Origin: Vicugna vicugna
Lineage: Eukaryota
Direction: 5' to 3'
Assembly: GCA_013265495.1 (NCBI GenBank)
Contig: MU058009.1
Location: 932,001 to 996,000 of the forward strand
DNA: 64,000 nt
Shown here in pieces: positions 34,712 to 47,319 of this stretch; positions within the stretch are counted from its first letter, which is position 1; every line of letters starts with the position of its first letter. The notes beneath the pieces were generated by a model. That model did no database searches, was not told the origin of the DNA, and saw nothing but the letters and a program-made list of their open reading frames with translations. The position numbers were made by a program, and so were the translations under genes.

Positions 34712-34771
34712 CTTTTGTTCCCTCACGTTCCCTCACTTTTGTTCCCTCACGTTCCCTCACTTTTGTTCCCT
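34712..34771. repeat. Perfect 24-bp tandem repeat, 2.5 copies
   Basis: Unit cttttgttccctcacgttccctca at 34712-34735 and 34736-34759, partial copy at 34760-34771. Confidence 0.95.
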
Positions 34772-35849
34772 GTTAACAGGAAAGTTTTGTCATTTCTTTT
34801 TGTTGGGAGTTTCACATTTTGTAAACTTAGTGTTCGGTATAAAATAGCAATGACCTATTTTTAAACTTTTTATTAATAATCTAGGTTTCGTTTTGAGGTT
34901 AATGTGTTATGACTGCTATACCTGCCTGAAAATTATTTTAAGAAAAAATTTCATTCTATTTACAGAATTATTTTTAATGACAACAGAATGATAAACTGAA
35001 GTTATGGACAGACTGTCAATGCTGAGGCATTTTTTTCTTAGCGGCCGTATTGATGAGGACTGACCGAATCCTCCGCCTTTGCACTATAAGTTAATTAAAA
35101 CATTCTGACCTCGCACAGCCCTAGGAGTGCCTGAAAAGGGGGAGCGGTCATGGAACTTACCCATCTTCATGCCCCTAAGTCTAGGATGCAGAGGTCGCGC
35201 TATTGGGCAAACAAGCCCCCAGACTCCAAAAGTCGTAAGATGTGCATCATGAGCAAGACAGGCAGACATTCAGCGCTCGTGCCTTCGTCGGTGGGTCTCT
35301 TTGTGCGTATGCTCAGAGACCAGGACTCTCAGTGTTCAGCCTGTAGGGACGGGGGCGGGAGTAAGGCCAGGCCGTGCTATTTGCATATTGTAATCTTTTA
35401 TCATTGAACGTGAAGGATGCAAAGCAAGGACAGAGGTAGAAATAACCTAAAGAGCAGTGCGTGCTGGGAGGATTGGCTTTGTATTTTTGCTCGGCACAGA
35501 GATCACAGGAAGCATTTGACTTTCTTTCCTGAAAGACACGGTAGCAGTAACAGAAGCAGTGGTAGACTCCCATCAAACAAAGTGTGCAAAGCATCATGAT
35601 TTTTGAAGGGGTTATGCATGTTCCTCTCATTTACATCTGATAGGAATTTGATACTAGCATCTCAGAGGCCACTGGAAAGAGCCAAGGGCATCATTTCCGA
35701 TCGTCCCCCAACATTCTGCCACATGCAAACCTGCATAGAAACTTCACCTACCTAGGGTGAATCAACATAAAAAAGAAGTAGACTGGGACTTTGGAAAATG
35801 TGTTACAACATAAGGAAAACGGCTGCCCAGCCTGGAAAACCCAAAGGAA

Positions 35850-38800
35850 GCGTGTGTCTCAGAAAAGCAGTTTCTAAACAGAGTAACATCAATGAAAAAA
35901 ATAAGACCCCTACTTGAAACCTGTAGAAAAATAGACTGGACCCTTATGAATGAGGAAGAAAATTACAGCAGACGAGTATGCTGCGATGAAATCAGAGATT
36001 AAAATAAGCTGACTGTGACACGAAAAGATTGCAAAAGAAATGAAAAAAATAGTAGGAATAGACTCTGACAATCGCATTGGATATGCAAAGGGCAGACTGG
36101 TGATTCCCTCCGAAAATGTGGAGTAAAAGAACAAACAGATGAAAGCAATAGCAGAAGATTATAAATATAGTAGCAGGAAAGAAGAGATGCAATTTAAAGA
36201 TTAGAAGTATTTGTGAAAAAAGAAAACCAGAAAAATTGGAAGAGAGACAATAATTAAAGAAGAAAAGAAATCCCAAACTTAAGAAAAGGATCAAGCTACA
36301 ACTAGAAAGGAATTGCTCAGTTTGTTTTAAATTAATAAAAGAAGCCCTTACCCAGATTATCTTATTATTATTATTATTTTAATTGAAGTATAGTCACTTA
36401 CAATATGTCAGTTTCTGGTGCACAGCACAATGTGTGTGTATATATAGATATATATACACATATATTCATTTTTATATTCTTTTTCATTAAACATTATTAC
36501 AAGATATTGAATATAGTTCCCTCTGCTATACAGAAGGGATTTGTTTTTTATCTATTTTTATATATAGTGATTATCATTTGCAAATCTCGAACTCCCAAAT
36601 TTATCTCTTCCCACTCCTTTTCCCTTGGTAACCATAAGATTGTTTACTATGTCTGCAAGTCTATTTCTGTTTTGTAGATGAGTTCATTATTGTCCTCTCT
36701 TTTCTTTTTCTTTTTGTTTCTTTTTTTAGATTCCACATGTGAGTGATATCATATGGTATTTTCCCTTCTCTTTCTGGCTTACTTCACTTAGAATGACCAT
36801 CTCCAAGTCCATCCATGTTACTGCAAATGGCATTTTATTGTTTTTTATGGCTGAGTAGTACTCCATTATATAAATATACCACTACTTCTTTATCCAGTCA
36901 ACTGTCGATGGACATTTAGGTTGCTTTCATGTCTTGGCTGTTGCATATATTGCTGCTGTGAACATTGGGGTGCATGTATCTTTTCAAATTAGAGTTCCCT
37001 CCGAATATATGTCCAAGAGTTAGATTGCTGGATCATATGGTAAGTCTGTTTTTAGTTTTTTGAGGAATCGTCATACTGTTCTCTATAGTGACTGCACCAA
37101 ATCACATTCCCACCAGCAGTGAAGGAGGGTTCCCTTTTCTCCTCACCCTCTCCAGCATTTATTGTTTGTGGACTTTTTAATGATGCCCAATCTGACTGGT
37201 GTGAGATGATACCACACTGTAGTTTTGATTTGCATTTCTCTGATAATGGCTGATATTTAGCATTTTTTCATGTGCCTGTTGGTCATTCATATGTCTTCAT
37301 TAGAGAATTGCTTGTTTAGGTCTTCTACCCATTTTTGGATTGGGCTGTTTGTTTTTGTTTGTTTTTTTGTTATTGTTGTTGTTATTAAGTTGTATGTGCT
37401 GTTTATATATTCTGGAAATGACACCTTTGTCAGCTGCATCATTTGCAAATATGTTCCTCCTTTCCACAGGTTGTCATTTTGTTTTGCTTATTGTTTCCTT
37501 TGCTGTGCAAAAGCTTGTAAGTTTAATTAGGTCCCAATTTTTTTTTTATTTCTATTGCCTAGGTAGACTGCCCTCCTTACCTAGATTATTTTAGCTGTTC
37601 TTTTTCAATTGCAATGAAGGAAAATTTAGAAGGTTGCATGGAATACCATTAAAAGTACAAAAAACAAAACAAAACACACTACAGACCTATAATGCTAAGA
37701 TGCCCCACGATGCACATCAGTCTCTCAAAATCATCAAGATAAACTGGTCGATAACCTGGGAACTATATACTCAGCCAAGCTCCCCACGGTGGGCAAAGGC
37801 AACAGGCAAACGCACACATTTTCTACAGAAATTTCTTGAATATTTACTCCCTCTGAATGAGAACAGTTCACGTATAAAATGCTAAGTATAAATAACCACT
37901 GAACATGTGATTGAAAGACTGAGTATATAATCAAGGTCTACCCTTGGATATAAAAGTAAACAGTGAAATATGTTACATTCAGTAAGTGGCTCAGACTTTA
38001 ATTTATACATAATGAAAATCCGAATGAAGGAAAAAGCAAAGATGAAGTGTTACAGGATATGAAGTTATTCATTTATTTATCATAACATGGGAAAAGCTAT
38101 TGTTTTGAGAGTTTTTTTGCTGATCATTGAGAAGTATGTTATTAAATGTTATTTGATGTTTTAATTTACCGGAGAAGTCATAAAGGAAATAAACAATAAA
38201 CTTGATTTCATAATACCTAAAACAAACAAGATTTAAAAATCTTATGTTTGGCAAAAATATCAAAAACTAAGTTTAGAGACCAACAGCAATGAGGTAAAAT
38301 CTGCACATTCTATGAAAGACGGTAGCTAATTTCTTTAATTTGTAAGAAACTCATCTATTCAAGAAGGAAAATATTAACAACAGGAGAGGAAAATGAAAGC
38401 CACAGACAGGGGGTTCATCAAAAAAGGGAGGAAATGATAGAATTTTTAAGCTACAAGGCAATTTTGTAAGGGAAAGAATATTTACCAGTTTTTTCATTAA
38501 TTAAAACAATGTGCTACTGATTCAGGGATTAACAGAGTTGCCACAGCAGAGAGAGCCGAGACAGAGTTGTGTGTACAAGAAAATCTGATAGGTGAAGCGG
38601 TAACATGATTCAATTATTCATCAGCAGGGGGAGAGGGTATAAGCAGGGCTGGGCCAATGAATTATCCGTATGAAAGAAACAAATAAACAGATATGCTCCC
38701 TACCTCATATTTACCTCAAACATAATTCAGGTGGATTGAGGGTGTATTTATCAGAAGGGAACCTTAAAACATTTAGAAGAAAATTTAGCCTAATAACTTT

Positions 38801-39480
38801 CAGCCTTTGAGGTAGAGGAGGATTTCTCCAACATGCAAAAAAGAACACATCTTAATAAAACATATTGTGTAATGTGCATATATAAAACTTTAAAATTCTG
38901 TGCAGAAAAGATACCCTAAGCAAACGAAAAAGCTAAGTCACTGTCTAGAACACATTTGAAATGTATATAACCAATGAAGAATTCATAGTAAGAATACATA
39001 ATATATAAATCACACAGAGAATGTCAAAGCCTGTGTGTCAGCCACTCACCGAGAAAGGAATCTTAAATGGCCAATAACAAACTAGGAAACTAGCTAAAAG
39101 TATGAAAAGAATAAAATTCTCTTCACTTATAGTATTAAGTGAAAATACGAAGTATTTAAGAATGAACTTAATTGTTTATTATTATAGTTAAGCAACGGTT
39201 AGTTAATGAACTACTTAATTTTAACAACTGATACATAGAATTAGAAAAAACATTGTACAAAAATTTAGAAAATGAGTTTCTAGAAATTGAACAAATGCAA
39301 AAAAAAAAAAAAACCCCACAATCTAATATGACGATTTTACCTATGAAATTGGGAAAAAATGTACATAGAACACTGTTGGTGAAGTCGCAGTTATTCAAAT
39401 TCTCTCGTACATCTGAAAGATGCATGTTCTTGCATTCAGGCAATTCGCATTCTAATCTTGTCACTAAGTCATTGAATGAT
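35850..39480 (+). mobile_element. Old, fragmented L1 (L1ME/HAL1-like ORF1 and ORF2 pieces), interrupted by a younger L1
   Basis: A-rich sense-strand L1-like sequence: gaactatatactcagccaagct, cctacctcatatttacc...aaaacatttagaagaaaat, aaatggccaataa. Confidence 0.6.
36365..37574 (-). mobile_element. Young 5'-truncated L1 (~1.2 kb; ORF2 C-terminus plus 3' UTR) with TSD
   Basis: Antisense tail ttttaattgaagtatagtc; well-preserved L1 3' sequence (gattccacatgtgagtgatatcatatggtattt, ttcccaccagcagtg); TSD ccttacccagattatctta (36346-36364) / ccttacctagattatttta (37575-37593). Confidence 0.95.
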
Positions 39481-42400
39481 TCTAATCCTAACATTTCATG
39501 ATTCTTTATCTATATCTGTATTAGTGCATATAATATGTATTTATAGAATTCAAACACACATATAATATGAAAATTTCTGTACACTTTAATATGCTCCTGA
39601 TGATAAATTAGATTGGCTTCTTTAAGAAAGCATTCAAGTAAGAAGGAAGTTTGTTTTTAACAAACTCTAGAAGTTAAATAGAATAGAAGTAATTCTATTT
39701 TTAAAATGTTGCTCTATGTGAATTCTAAAGGGATTTGGTGCGGGGAGAGAATGACTGACACTCTGGTTACTAAGGTAACTAAAGTCAATTTCCTCTGACT
39801 GCGAAAGGGAGAGTCATGAGCAATATCCTTCCATTTATTCTTTTTTTTAAAGTTATAAGAAGAATGCCATGTTATGTGGGCAATAGCTCTGAGGGCTGAA
39901 CATCCATAGAGAGAGGTGGTCTTCTGATCAAGCAGGCATAGAACTCAGGGTCAGGACTCATGGGAGGTGCAGAAATAAAGAAACTGGGAGTCATTGGGAA
40001 ATGAATGGATTTGAGAGAAAGTTCAATGTCATGAATCTTGGCTGCAAAATTTGAAGCAAATTAGGGGTGATGGTGGTGAGGGATAAAGGCAAAAAATGAT
40101 AATTACGATTTTCAACAAAAAGTTCATAGTTCAATTTCCACAGGGATTAGAGACACTGGTTTAGCGACAACTACGTTGTTTGTTTGAAAGGCACGTAAGG
40201 GCCGTTCACAGAGCATTTCACGACTTGTTTTCTGGGGTGGATAAGGATAAGGTTAGGGTGTTTAAGATTTTACCCTGTGTGTGTGTATGTGTTATTACTT
40301 CTCCTCCTTACTTATCTTCATCTCTGTCTTCAATAACTTTTCTTCTTCTTCTAAGATTTGGTACTTCAAGTTTGCGAAGCCTAGCTCTAGGGAAGGAAGG
40401 AACACACACTTTGAGAGGTGCATCCAGCCAGTGCGGGTCTTGGGCAGATTAAAATGGCATATCCTGTGCTTCAGGGGGAAGCGGGTACACAGGGTGGCCT
40501 GAACAGGGAAATAAACACACTGCCACGTCTTCCACTCTCATGTGAGAAAGAAGCGGAGTGTGTGTGATGGAAGGGACACGTGCAGCTGTGGTCACCGAGA
40601 CTTTCGGTTTGGACTTGGGGAATTATGTACACTCAGTGATTGCTACAGGCAGAGCAGAGTATGTTCTATAACACAGTTCATCCTTCTCCTTCCCGTGACC
40701 TTCCCTCTTCCTCCCCGTGTTCCTCTTCTTTCTCCTTCTCTGCCTTCTGGATGCTAGGTATCAGGTACAGGCCTTCATTCTCTATTTCTGACCCTCCTGG
40801 GAATACCAGGAAAGGTATGCCTGTGTCTGTGGTGGGGAGGGATCAACTGATTTACTGGGGCCATTTGTGTAACATGTGTAACATGAATGGACACAAGTGT
40901 AACAGGAGTAAAATACAAACATTAATTAATTATGTATTTTACTGACAATGTATGACATGTAAGCTACTGTCATAGTGGGCTGAAGGGCACAGAAATATGG
41001 AAGATTTTTTTATCCTTGCCTTTAGGAAGCGTAGAAACTAATGAAAGTGAAAATAATGCATAAATATGATACACATAGTAAATATCATTCTACACAGCAA
41101 TTAAGCAGATACTATAAAGAGCAGATGTCAGTGACAGTAATTGGCATTGCTCTCACACAAACAAATGCACATTTTATAGCTTAAGAAAACTTGTCTTGTA
41201 TAAGTCAGCATCCATATCCAGCATTTTTTCAGTTGCTAGCTACATATGGAATAATTCTCTCATTGTACTCAAGAATATCTATACAGATTCCTCATCCATA
41301 TACAACAGAGGCCCTGGATCTAAGACCTCCCTGTGGCCTGTGTATCCACCACCCGTACAACCACGGGCTATAGCAAAAGATTCCTGGATTCCTTTGGTGG
41401 AGCCCCGTTTGGCTGGCGTGGTCTTGAGGAACACATTCAGCTACCTTTCTTTATCACGCCTGTAGCATCTTAGGTTTTGTGGCGTTGAGGTTTCAAAGCT
41501 GATTCCATTTGTGCTGGAAGTGATAATGTCATCTCCACCCACAGAAAGTTGGAGGACTGAGTGGGGCAAGGGGCAGACAAAATTGAAACGGGCTTTGCAT
41601 GACTAACACTTGTGAATTTTGTGGCAGAGTAAAGGGAAGAATAAGTTACGGTCACCCGACGAGTGGAAAGAGACAGAAGGAAGAAATGTACAGAGGAAAT
41701 TTAGTAAAGGGTACGAAGTCATGGTTCGCAGAATTGAATGTGCATGATAATCACTCAAGTATCTGATTGAAATACAGAGTCCTGAGCTACTTCCTAAGGA
41801 ATGTGCCTCTTTAAAGTCGCCCTGGTCATGCCAATGCAGGTAACAGCGTCTTTAATGAATATTGATCAAGAGGCAGGGCATGGCAGGCTGACCTCTCTGC
41901 AGACAGAGGATCAGGATGGCCAAGGGCAGGCTCAGCGTCCAGGGCTGCAAGAGGATGTAGCTGCTGGCTCACTTTGCGTCACTCTGCGCTTAACAGCTCC
42001 CAAGAATGGTTGGTTCAGAAGTTATCACAGTCAGTTCAGTTCAGCTGATGTTCTATAAGAAGACACTGGAACACCCAGATAGGAGTGAGCATGGCTATAT
42101 TATTTTTTTTTCTTTTCCACTCATTCTTTACCACTGCACGGAAAGACTTTTTAATGTATGCCTAGACTGTCTGCAAATGTAAAATATTAATTTACGATTT
42201 TAGGGTTAAAATCAATTCCATCCAGATCTTCATGGCCTGCTGGTGCATGGAGCTGCATTAAGGAAATGATTTTCAATTTTATTTCCAATTTCTATAATTA
42301 AGGCAAAAAGCTTAGAATGCAAATACCTACAAGAGGGATTTATACTGGCAAGATATTCAATGTACATGTAATAAAAAATAGTCTGTCCTGTTTACAGAAG

Positions 42401-43819
42401 CTTCTACTGAACGGGGGGCTCTACCTCTGAAGCAGGGGTTCGGTCAGTCTAATGAAGACAAAGAAGAGACTGGGGGCCACAGAAGACAGCAGATGCTTCA
42501 CAGATTTTCCTTAAGGCAGCACAGGAGAGGAGCTGCCGCTGTGAGAAGGCAGGAAGAGCTGCTTTGCAGTTGAACCATGAACGGAACCAGGACACAAGAG
42601 GTGTTTTCTCATCAGGGCATGAAGAGAAGCCTGGAATGGATCTGTGATCACAAAAGCCCAAGATACTGGAAGACATGATCCTAGTTAAAGTCAAATAAAC
42701 AAGCTAATGGGAAGACTTCAAGCCTGAAATGCCAGGACAAGCCAGGAACAAACTTCTCAAGCAACAGATTTTCTAAAAATGAGAGCAGCACCCAAACAAG
42801 TGGAACCTCGAAGCTCTCTAACTCTAGACCAGAGGGAGAGAGGGGAAGAGTATTCACAAGGTATCCAGGGATAACTCCAAACGTGTATCAAGATCAATTT
42901 TAATATTCAAGTTTAGCTAGACTATTTGTACAGAATTCTGTTTAAACAGAGTCCTACCTATATTGCATTTATTTTGTTATATGTTTTAATTATAATCTTA
43001 ACTTTTAACTGGTGGGCAGTGCTATATTTCCTTGATTTCAAGACATGATCAAGTTTAAAGTGCACCACCAATTTCATCACAGATTGTGAGCGGTGGGGAG
43101 CAAAAAGATCCCGCTACATTAAATCTACACATAGATGCGTGCATGTAGCAAAAATATGAAACGTGTTTTAGTGAAGTTACTGATCAGCCTAGATGGTGAG
43201 AGCCTTCCCCTCTCTGTCATCTGTGTTCATCTGCACTGCCACACAGAGCCCCAGGGGTCACCATGTGGCACCTCCCAGAGCTACAGGCAAATAGGCCAGG
43301 AGGACTCTGTAGGAGCTTTGGGGTCAGCCTTGCATTTTCAAACCTAATCAACAATGACAGACTTTCCTGCTGCCCAAGCAGAGCCCATCAGGAAATTCCC
43401 ACCCAGGAGAGGAGTTTCCCTGCAGATTATTAAACCCAAAAGTGGAGGTATTTCACACTAAGCTAATGAGGACGTGTGGTCCTTCTCCACTGCAGCCCTG
43501 GCTAGAAGCCCGTGTGACTCAGGAACATTCTCTATTTCCTGTACATGGAAGCACGTTATATGGTGGCCCTTTCCAAGGCCAAAAGGGGTTCCTTGCAAGG
43601 CCTGCTTCTGTCAACATAGAACTATCTGCCCACATACAGACGGAATGAGCTCAGCCCGAAAATGCCTGGGTGCGCCGTGTGGGAAAGCACACCTATGTTT
43701 TAAGATTAATTTAGAATCTCAAACACTTTGTTAAAGCTTTACCATTAATCCTTAAGAAATGTAGGGATTTGCTGCCTGCAGTCAGGCTGTGGTTTTTTTT
43801 TTTTCCTCCTCCGATTCTC

Positions 43820-43914
43820 AATGCTGTGATGATCAAAATGGTGAAGGCCCTTAGGGATGGGGCAGGATTACTTCCTTGGTCTAACACTGGGGAGCCCAGA
43901 CCAGCCTGAGCATT
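43820..43914 (+). ncRNA. Box C/D snoRNA-like motif arrangement (unverified)
   Basis: aatgc-t-GTGATGA (43826-43832)...CTGA (43906-43909)-gcatt: canonical boxes closed by a 5-bp terminal stem; no recognised rRNA guide. Confidence 0.18.
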
Positions 43915-45854
43915 ACATTTCAAGGACAGAAATTTCCAGAGGGACTAGTTAGCTGACTTTCCCGTTAAGGGTCATTTCATCTTGTAAATTGCTGCCTCAA
44001 TTTCAGTTCAGGGTTTTCACCTTCAATTTCCAAGTGAAAGTAATGGCTCAGTGGCTCCCCTTTAGTACCTGCTTCCCAGGAGCCGTGGACGGCAGGGGCA
44101 GTAAGGACTGAAACATGATGGGTCACACAAAGTGCGTGAGGAAATTCTAAAAGTAGCTGAGAAAATGTCCCATCTGTGCCTTTGACTTTCTGTATTTTGC
44201 CATTGGGTGTGCAAATTTTAAATACAGTGCCTAACTCATCTCTCACCGTGGTGGCTAAGAGCATCCAAAATGGTTCCCATGTTGAAAAATATCGTGGATT
44301 TAGAGAGTAAAATACACTTACAAGATGTCTTAAGAAGTATAGTTTGGAACGCTTCTGGTGTGATGATTCTCAGGATGGCCTTAGTCTCTCCCATGCCTCT
44401 GAGTTGTGGGTGTGCTATCCTGTCTCAAGGCTGGGGGTTAGACTTGGCAGCTGTTTTACATCTTTGCTCCTCTGAGATTCATTACCTGTAACCCGTGTTG
44501 GGATTTCAAACACTTAGATAGGACACTGCAAGTAATGCAGCCCTTAAAATAGTCATGAAGGGTGGAGATCTTTGGGGACTGGGACCAAAAAGCAAATCCA
44601 AAGGAACCAGAAATTCTCCACTGTCTGAGACGTGCAGGGCAGAGGACACTCTGACCAGCATGAAAAACAGCACTGTCAGTTGCAGACCCAACCCTGGGCG
44701 AGGCTGGCCAGTCCTCCCCTAACAGGCAGAAGAAAGAGCCTCCTTATGCTGAGAGGGGAAGGGACAATTTTCTCTCTGGCAAACAAGTTTCTTCATCAGT
44801 GTGTCAGGGAGCAGTGTTCTCACCAGGAAACCAGATGTAGAATTTCTTTCTTAAACCAAGAAAGAGGAGGACAATGTATTAGACCAAGGATCACCATGCT
44901 TTTGTCACAATCCCTTATGCGCACACACACCCACACTCCTGAGGCTGGGGTTTCACAATTGAAGAGTCTGTGCACACACTTTGCTACTTGGTGGTTAGCA
45001 CTGCATCCATGAGCTTCTGAGGCTCCAAACGCTAGCCTGATCCGTTCCTTGACCCCACCTCTCATGTATAGAGCATAGCTCATTTTATTTTATTCAATAT
45101 TCCTTAACCTATTTCTTGATTAATTTATCTATTCACTACTGATTCATTAAGCATCTATTATTCACCAGTCAAGTTGCTGGTTGATGGATGTTCAGTTATA
45201 TCGTCCCTGTTTTCACGAATGTATCACCTTGAATAGAAAATATGATACGTGTACATGTTATGAAGGGGAAAACGTCACTTACAAGAAGTAAAGTGAGGAC
45301 TCCAGGGAAGTGCTGAGAATTAAAAAAGAGGAAGGCTCTTGTAGTGCATCTGAAAATAACACAAAAGATGAGAAGGAGATTTATTGTCAGATTCTGAAGA
45401 GGTGGAAGAATACACTGTACTTAGAGGACAGTTCCAGAAAGCATACATTCTTACGAAAGTTGGGTCATTATTAAGGTGATTAATGGTAGGAGGGGGAAAA
45501 AAATCACAGACAAAAAAGTTGGGGTTGTTTGGTGGTTGTATTGGTCTCCCAGGCTGAAAAAATGTGGACTGTACATTGCTTTCCTAAAAGCAAATAAAAA
45601 TAGTGTCAAATATACTGCATTTTAATTTTTTAAGTTTTTTGGAAATCAATATAGGAGAATGCACTGAGAAGATGTTTATTATATGCATTTTTAAACCTAC
45701 TTTTCTGGCTCATTTAGGAGAATACTGAGTGAGTATCTTCTGTGAGCAATCACAACAGTCATTCTTTTATCCTGATTGACAGACTCACCCTAAATTCAAA
45801 CACCTCACATTAAATAATCTGTGACATGGCTCACAGGGTGTTTGAATTAATTTA

Positions 45855-47300
45855 TGTATTCATTTTTTTCTAACAAGTTTTTATTGAGCACTTGTTATGT
45901 GCTTAGTACTATCCCAGGCTCTGGGGATTCAGTGGTAAGAAAGAGAGAGAAGAGTCTCTTTCCCAAAGGAATTTTTTATTAAAAAAATTGATATAAATGC
46001 ATTATAATATAATTTCAGACAGTGAGTATGGTAAAGAAAAGTTTAGGAGGGTAAAAGGGTTATGTAAGGACCATTTTGGACAGGGAGAACATTGAAGTCC
46101 TCTCTGAATAAGTAAAACTGAGGCGTGCTCTCAATGAAGTGAGGGAGAAGCCACGTGAAGACTTGGGAAGACAGTGGGATTTCATGCACAGAAACTGGCA
46201 AGCGCATGAGATCACATCGGACCTGGAAAGCCATGATTTTTTGGAGTTTGGATTATAGTCTCAGTGTAAAGGAAAGCTATTGGAGGATTTGTTGCTAGAG
46301 ACCACTCTGGTCATCGTGTGGAGACGAAACTGCTGCAGGACAAAAGCAGAAATATTAGGATATCCAGGTGGGAGGCGATGGCGGTGGAGGATCTGAACGA
46401 TAGTCTAGTTCTATTCAGGTAGTTTCTTGAAGCTTGAATCACCACGACTTGCACACTGGTTGGAGCATGGGGCATGAGAAAAACTCTGTTTTATTTGAGC
46501 AACTAGGAGAACGGCTGAAGCATTTATTGGAAAAGAGGACTCTCAGGGTGAAATCAATTCCACGGTGGTTAAGAGGGTTGTTTTGAAAATTAAGTTTCAA
46601 TAAGAAGGAGCTCCATGGAGATGCTGAAGATAAAGACACTTATTTTGGACTGTATGAGATTACTTAGAAAAGTTAGCATAGGTAAAGAGGCCAAGGAATA
46701 AACTTGAGTAACACCAACATCTTTAGACGTTGGTAAGAAAGGGCGGGGCCAGCAAAGAACACGGGGAGTGACCAATGAGGTGGGTGTAAACCTTTTCAAA
46801 TTGGAAATCCCTCCAGATATATGCTCAGGAGTGGGATTGCTGGATCATAAGGCAAGTCTCTTTTTAGTTTTTTGAGGACTCTCCATACTGTTTTCCATAA
46901 CGGCTCCATTCCATACCTTGTAGTAACCTATAATGAAAAGGAATATATGTATGTACACGTATGACCGAAGCATGCTGCTGTGCACCAGAAATTGACACAT
47001 TGTAAACTGACTATACTTAAATAAAAAAAAAAATAGAAAAGAAAACCTGGAGTGGAGACACCCAGGGGCCAAGTGGAGAAAGTGTTATCAGAAGGAAGAG
47101 CTGCTGTGTCTGACGGTGCTCAGAAGCCAAAGAAGAGGGGAAGGGGAAATTGGTCCTTGGGTTTGATGATCCAAATGAGGTTGGTGACCTCGACAAGAGT
47201 TAGAATTATATGATCAGAGCGACAGGGAGAAAGGTGGGGTAGGTCTAAAAAGGTGTTTGAAGAGAAGAAGTGAGAAGAGTGAGTATGAGGTTTGATACCA
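45855..47300 (-). mobile_element. Long L2 fragment (interrupted by L1 at ~46793-47035)
   Basis: Starts with antisense tail attcattttttctaacaagtttttattgagcacttgttatgtgc; continues ggagtttggattatagtctcagtgtaaaggaaagctattggagg...gaggttggtgacctcgacaagag. Confidence 0.85.
46793..47035 (+). mobile_element. Short L1 insertion with 5' inversion (twin priming)
   Basis: 46793-46910 is antisense L1 (homologous to 36980-37095 in the same orientation); 46911-47035 is a sense L1 3' end with poly(A); flanked by gtaaacc / gaaaacc. Confidence 0.88.
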
Positions 47301-47319
47301 GGAATACAATACTAGGTGG

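Noticed and set aside
34712..34771. CRISPR-like direct repeats
   Set aside because: Head-to-tail copies with no spacers, in a mammalian genome; simple tandem duplication.
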